Shown here in pieces: positions 59,381 to 64,000 of a DNA stretch of 64,000 bases. Each line of letters begins with the position of its first letter. Position 1 is the stretch's first letter. Source of the DNA: Psammoneis japonica (lineage: Eukaryota). Made by a program: the position numbers and the translations under genes. The notes beneath the pieces are model-generated. The model was given only the letters and a program-made list of their open reading frames with translations, was not told the origin of the DNA and searched no databases. The stretch is taken from assembly GCA_008632985.1 (NCBI GenBank), contig QPGO01000175.1:62001-126000 (forward strand). Reading direction: 5' to 3'.

Positions 59381-59522
59381 GCTACAAAGCTACGAAATAT
59401 ATTCAAGCGCACCCAACTACTGGTGCTATGTAAAAGAAAAATGCCACTCGCGTAATCTAGCCGACTCCTCAATGAAGCCTGCCTGCGGCGGTCGCTACCG
59501 GTATAGCTAGGGTAAGAACACG

Positions 59523-59796
59523 AGAAAACTTTTGTATTAAATTAAAATAGACTCGCAAATGGATCCTTCTTGCCCGTCCATTGATTAGTTTGTGCGTCAT
59601 GGATATCGCCGCCTTGTACTTGATCCCATACTCATGACTGTTTGCTGCTGCATCATGCGAGAAACGTTGTATTAAGTTAAAATAGGCTCGCAAATGGATC
59701 CTTCGTGTCCGTCTGTTGATTAGTTTGTGGCGTCATGGCGGAAATCGTCGCCCCCGTACTTGATCCCATACTCATGACTGGTTGCTGTTGCATCAT
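59523..59796 (-). repeat. Tandem duplication (~135 bp) of the ArfGAP gene 3' end
   Basis: 59523-59657 and 59659-59796 share TTGTATTAA.TTAAAATAG.CTCGCAAATGGATCCTTC...GTACTTGATCCCATACTCATGACTG. Confidence 0.85.
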
Positions 59797-61139
59797 ACTC
59801 ATGCTAGTTTGCTGCGGCATCATATTCATGTTGAACTGTTGCTGCTGCATCGTACTCATGCTTGGTTGTTGCTGCTGCATCATACCCATGTTCATCTGCT
59901 GCCGTTGCATCATATTCATCTGTTGCTGCTGCTGTTGCTGCATCATCATGACTTGCTGCGGAGTCATACCGCCAGAGTTCATTTGGGTATTCATGCCAAA
60001 CGACATGTTGGTACTGTTTCCGAACGATGTTTGAAACACCATATTATTGTGTTGTTGTTGTTGCTGCTGCTGCTGCTGACCTGACGAGCCCTTCATAAAG
60101 TATCCCATTGCTGAAATCTTGCTACCACTATTGTCATTCATAACGGATTGCTTAGGTTGAACTGCAGGTTTTTGCGCTGGTGTACTTAAATCCGCAAGGT
60201 TCCCTGCTCTTGACATATCTGCATTGTTCGTCTCCACCGCGCTGCTATTCCCAAAGGGATCAAAATAAGCAAACCCACCGCTCGTTGTGTCAGATACGTT
60301 GGTGTCTTTGTCTTTCGTGGTTGCTGCACCAAATACGTCAGCTCCCTCAGTCTTCTTTGGAGCATCGCTGTTCCCAAACGGATCAAAGACCGCTTCATTT
60401 GTTGGAGCGGGTGTTACTACTGGTTCTTGAGCAAACAAGTCTGGAACGGGTGTAGAAGCAGGAGCTGCAGTAGCCGGTGGAAAGGATGCAAAGTTGCTGG
60501 TGGAAGCGTCAGTTTTTGGTTTCGATGCCGACTGGGAAAAGCTAGCAAAGTCCTGGCTGCTTTTCGGCGGAGCACGTAATGGCGCTGCGAAGGAGCCTGT
60601 TTTCTTTTTGCTACTTTTCGCAGGAATGGATGTGACGTCCTGTTCCGGTACCGCCATTCCTACATTAACTTCCTGTGCCTGTCCATAATACTTTTTGTGT
60701 TCATACGCATTGAGAATAAACTGTTTGAACACGGGCAACGAATCTCCTTGCTTCGGACGTCCACCGACACCAATGGGCGGTGCATTCGCAAGCCAGGTCC
60801 TACGAGCCACCTCGTTCCCATTCTGCTTCAGCGCTTTCGCTTCCTCGGCACTCCACGACGACATTGTCCTGTATGTAAGAAAACGAAGTGAGTAAAACAA
60901 CAAACAAATCCAACTTCACGCTTCACGCTCAACACTCGAGATATTTATACGTACAGAGACTTGCATCGGTGAGAATAGGCTTGATGAGAACTCTTGCAAT
61001 CATTACATACAAAAGTGTAGAACTTAATGCAGACATTGGAAAAGCCAAGCTTCTTCGATTGACCGCAGTTGGGGCACGTGGTGTTGGTCGGTAAGCGTGC
61101 CAATTTCTTCACGGCAAGCTCGGCTTTCGGGTCAGACAT
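59677..61139 (-). CDS. ArfGAP-domain protein (AGFG-like), intron ~60870-60953
   Basis: NTTCPNC...VCIKFYTFVCNDCKSSHQAYSHRCKSL|TMSSWSAEEAKALKQNGNEVAR, followed by DPF motifs and a Q/M-rich tail. Confidence 0.9.
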
Positions 61140-61399
61140 TGCTGTTGCTCCTTTTAAGATCTATTGCGACTTAATGACCGCAGGATTAGACAGCTCGTCG
61201 TTGCAGTGCGATGCCCTTGTTCTCTCGTGGTTGATATAATGCTCTGCCCTACGCTTGTCGGCACGTTTTCGGCAGTCATTGTGTGTCAGGATCAGGGGCG
61301 CACGCATCGCGGCCTCTAGCTACTAGCACCGGTAAAACATACGGTACAGTATTGTTTTGGGCGTAGAAATGTACCGAGAAAAAGGAGGAATCCGGAACC

Positions 61400-64000
61400 T
61401 GCACAGTGCTGCACATGAAATGCACAAGCAAAAAGGAATCTGCACAAACTGCTTTTTTTGATGACGTCAAAAAAGCCAATTTTTGGCGTGTTCATGTCGT
61501 GTGCATCACGCGTGCAGATTCCATTGTTTCCGGATTCCTTTTGCTTGTGCCATCTCTTACACGACAGCAGAGCAGATGCAGTGGCACATTCTTGAAAAGT
61601 TGGGATGCGATGGCATTTCCGTCGTTGTGGATAGTTTTGATTGCAGTGTTGGAAATTTGCAGCCAGTCGTTTGCTTCAGCAGCAACAGCTGCCGCTTTTG
61701 CTGCTGCACCACGTCACAGTGTTGTGAGAATTGAGCCAAAAACAGAGTTTTGCATCCCAGTCGGCGTTCACATGAAACAGACAAGAAAGATTCAAGAAAA
61801 GAAGAATCTGCATCTGACGATCCACCCACTGCTCCACAAAAGACTCTAGATGAATGGTCGAATGCTCCGTTTTTTGACCCAGACGCCGACACACGGACAG
61901 CCCTGCTGTGTTGAAATGGATTGGAAATTTTGTCAAGAACCATTGTGAACCAGCAGAAGCAACTTGCACAGGAATCATCATGGTGATCTTGGCAATGCTT
62001 GTGCAAGAGGCATTGAGAACACAGCTTTGTGGAGAAAACTGCACTCCGTTTCACCGCATTGGGAGCGGTTTGTTGCAGCCGAGAGACCGGCAGAGAATGA
62101 AAAAACGAAATCTGTTTTGCCGCTGCCTCACTGTGGCCCACACCAACACTGACCACAGCAGACCCACATTCCCCAGTGCCCACAAAGGGCAGCAGGGACA
62201 ATTTGAACACTGTCGGACATTGTCAGAAAGACAATGGGGTGCTTGTGGACCGCCGGCATGCACGGCGCACGTCAGTTGAACATGATTTTTAGAATCTCCA
62301 AATCATGCTGCACTCTTCCATCTTCCATCACACTTGCAACTTGTGCCACCAGCGCATTCACTGCAGCACCGCCAGATGTGCAGGATGCTTGACAGGCCTG
62401 CTCAATTCCATGGCTGTGTGCACATGGCAGAGTGGCGCCCCTTTTTGCGTCTTGCCCTGTGGACTTTGGCTCCAACAGCGGGAGCTTCTCAGACACATCA
62501 CAGCTTTTTCTTTTACACAAGGGACAAGCAATGACAACAGGGATGGAAACTTGAATGGGAGCGGTGCCAGATCATCTTGATGAAGTCGAGTTTGCTGCGT
62601 GCTTCTCTGACGGACAGCAAGCAAGCTCATTTGGAAAAGTTTCTGAAGTCTGCCAATCCAAAAACCGTGAAACAGGCAAGTGATCCACTTTTGGATGAGA
62701 CATTGTTCCAGGCAGCCGATGATGACAACAAACAAGAAGCTCTGCCTGCAATTGTCAAAAAGAAACTCCAAACTTGTTTGTGAGATGGCAGAAAAAAAAA
62801 CAGATGTTGTGTTCCCAGAAAGCTTGAGAGTGGTGTGGCGCCAACATGAGGCATGTCCATCAAGCAGAGGCATCACAGCGTTCCTCATTTGTCCCTTGTC
62901 TGTTGCGTGACTTGTTTTTCTTTTGCCCTTGGGAAGGTTCTTGCAGCAATGAATGGCAAAGTTGAGCATTGTGTCTTTCTCCATGCTTCTGTTTGTGGTG
63001 GTCCGGACATCAAAGCCATGCTGGTTTTTGCTGAAGAACTTGGCGTTGGGGTTGGGATTTGCTGGGGTGAGGCCATCAAGACACATTTCATCAACAGCAG
63101 TCTCGTCTTCTGGAGCATTGGTGCGGTTGGAGTCATTGGTCTTCTTCTTGCATTTGGAGGCATGTGCAAGGAATGGCGGCATTGCACCTTCAATTTCTTG
63201 GCGTGGAATGGTGTTGATGCGTGTGGAGGCAGATGGTCACAAGGTGATGAGTGCACTCAACATCCATCCAGAGCAAGGTGGGAACAACAAACAAAGTGGC
63301 ACCCCTTTGCTTGCCATCTGCTCTGGAAGAGACACACACAGTGAGATGATGACTTGTTTTCCCGTCACCCTCAGGAGTCCTCTGAAAAATTTGCAGCTTC
63401 TTCATCACCTCCTTGAAGACCAGCACTTTCTTTTGGCATTTCATTGTGTCCGTTGCAACTTCATCCACATGTTGTGTTTTCAAAAAGCCCCAAGCCTCTC
63501 AACCAACATCAACTTCACCTGCAGCATGGAGATGCTTCACAAAAGACTGCCACTTTGCAAAGTGCGCATCATCCCGAACCTCTTTGATCCCCTGCTCAGT
63601 GCAAATTGGGTCCAAGCTTGAAGTTGAAGCCAGTTTTGCTGGCTTTGGGTGGTGTTGGAGCATGGAGCACACAAAATGATCAGACACAGATGGTTTTTCA
63701 TGCTCGTCAATGAACTCATCAGTCAAGTTGTTCACAATCTCAAGAGTGGTGTCCTTTGACACTGTGCACCCGCCCATCTGACCCAACCAGCAGCAAACTT
63801 CAACAATGTGCTGCTCTTTGTTGTCAGCAAGAAGAGCTGTGTTTCCCTTGTGCAAGACAGTGATTGCCTCCTTTGCCTTCTCATCTTTTGCTCCAAAATG
63901 CTTGCAAATGGCTTCTTTTGCTTTCTCCACTGAAGCATTTTCTTGACAAAGACAACAAAGTCCACTTTGTTCCCAGGCCCAATTCAGGGTGTTGCAAAGG
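61400..64000 (-). mobile_element. Degenerate pogo-like (DDE_1) DNA transposon within TA-depleted island 5; runs off the window end
   Basis: Remnants HNM.DEVATD (first D), HLTVCVSSRADG, TTNRSMEKDTMLNFA.H, LLDGHASCW (62841-62861) and FFFLPSH. A CENPB-HTH-like region lies in ORF 63499-63930. Confidence 0.75.

Noticed and set aside
61340..61410. TA|CAGT at ~61345 as the pogo terminal inverted repeat
   Set aside because: The other end lies outside the window, and GTACAGTA is common in intergenic DNA here.
1..64000. CRISPR arrays, rRNA or tRNA genes
   Set aside because: None recognised. The DNA is eukaryotic nuclear and the repeats lack a repeat-spacer structure.

Overview
Eukaryotic, gene-dense DNA, most likely from a pennate diatom. 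This rests on short GT-AG introns, bipartite signal-peptide plus 'AF' plastid-targeting motifs, HA-domain proteins and a hybrid histidine kinase. About 20 housekeeping or lineage-typical genes (COQ9, RPN9, RAD5/HLTF-like, EFTUD2, plastid cpn10, NOP58, VMA21, RPN3, fibrillin, EMG1, MYND protein, histidine kinase, ArfGAP) are interrupted by five islands of dead transposon DNA (~2.8-6.1, 18.9-23.4, 43.2-46.3, 54.1-57.0, 61.4-64.0 kb). The islands contain CRE-like non-LTR retrotransposons and a pogo-like DNA transposon. The main signal is that the islands have lost almost every TpA as well as most CpG, both apparently converted to TpG/CpA; I found no TA by eye in ~2.7 kb (19,512-22,240). The RT catalytic YIDD reads CIND in one copy and HIDV in another. 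This suggests a TE-targeted 'reverse-RIP' A:T->G:C hypermutation at TpA that I do not recognise as described. Other notable features are two near-identical introns in the RAD5-like gene, a gamma-COP fragment between ~90-bp direct repeats, and a recurrent palindrome (G/A)TAGGGCCCTAC. Single-base deletions in essential genes point to indel errors in the assembly, so frameshift-based pseudogene calls are tentative. All counts and alignments were done by eye.
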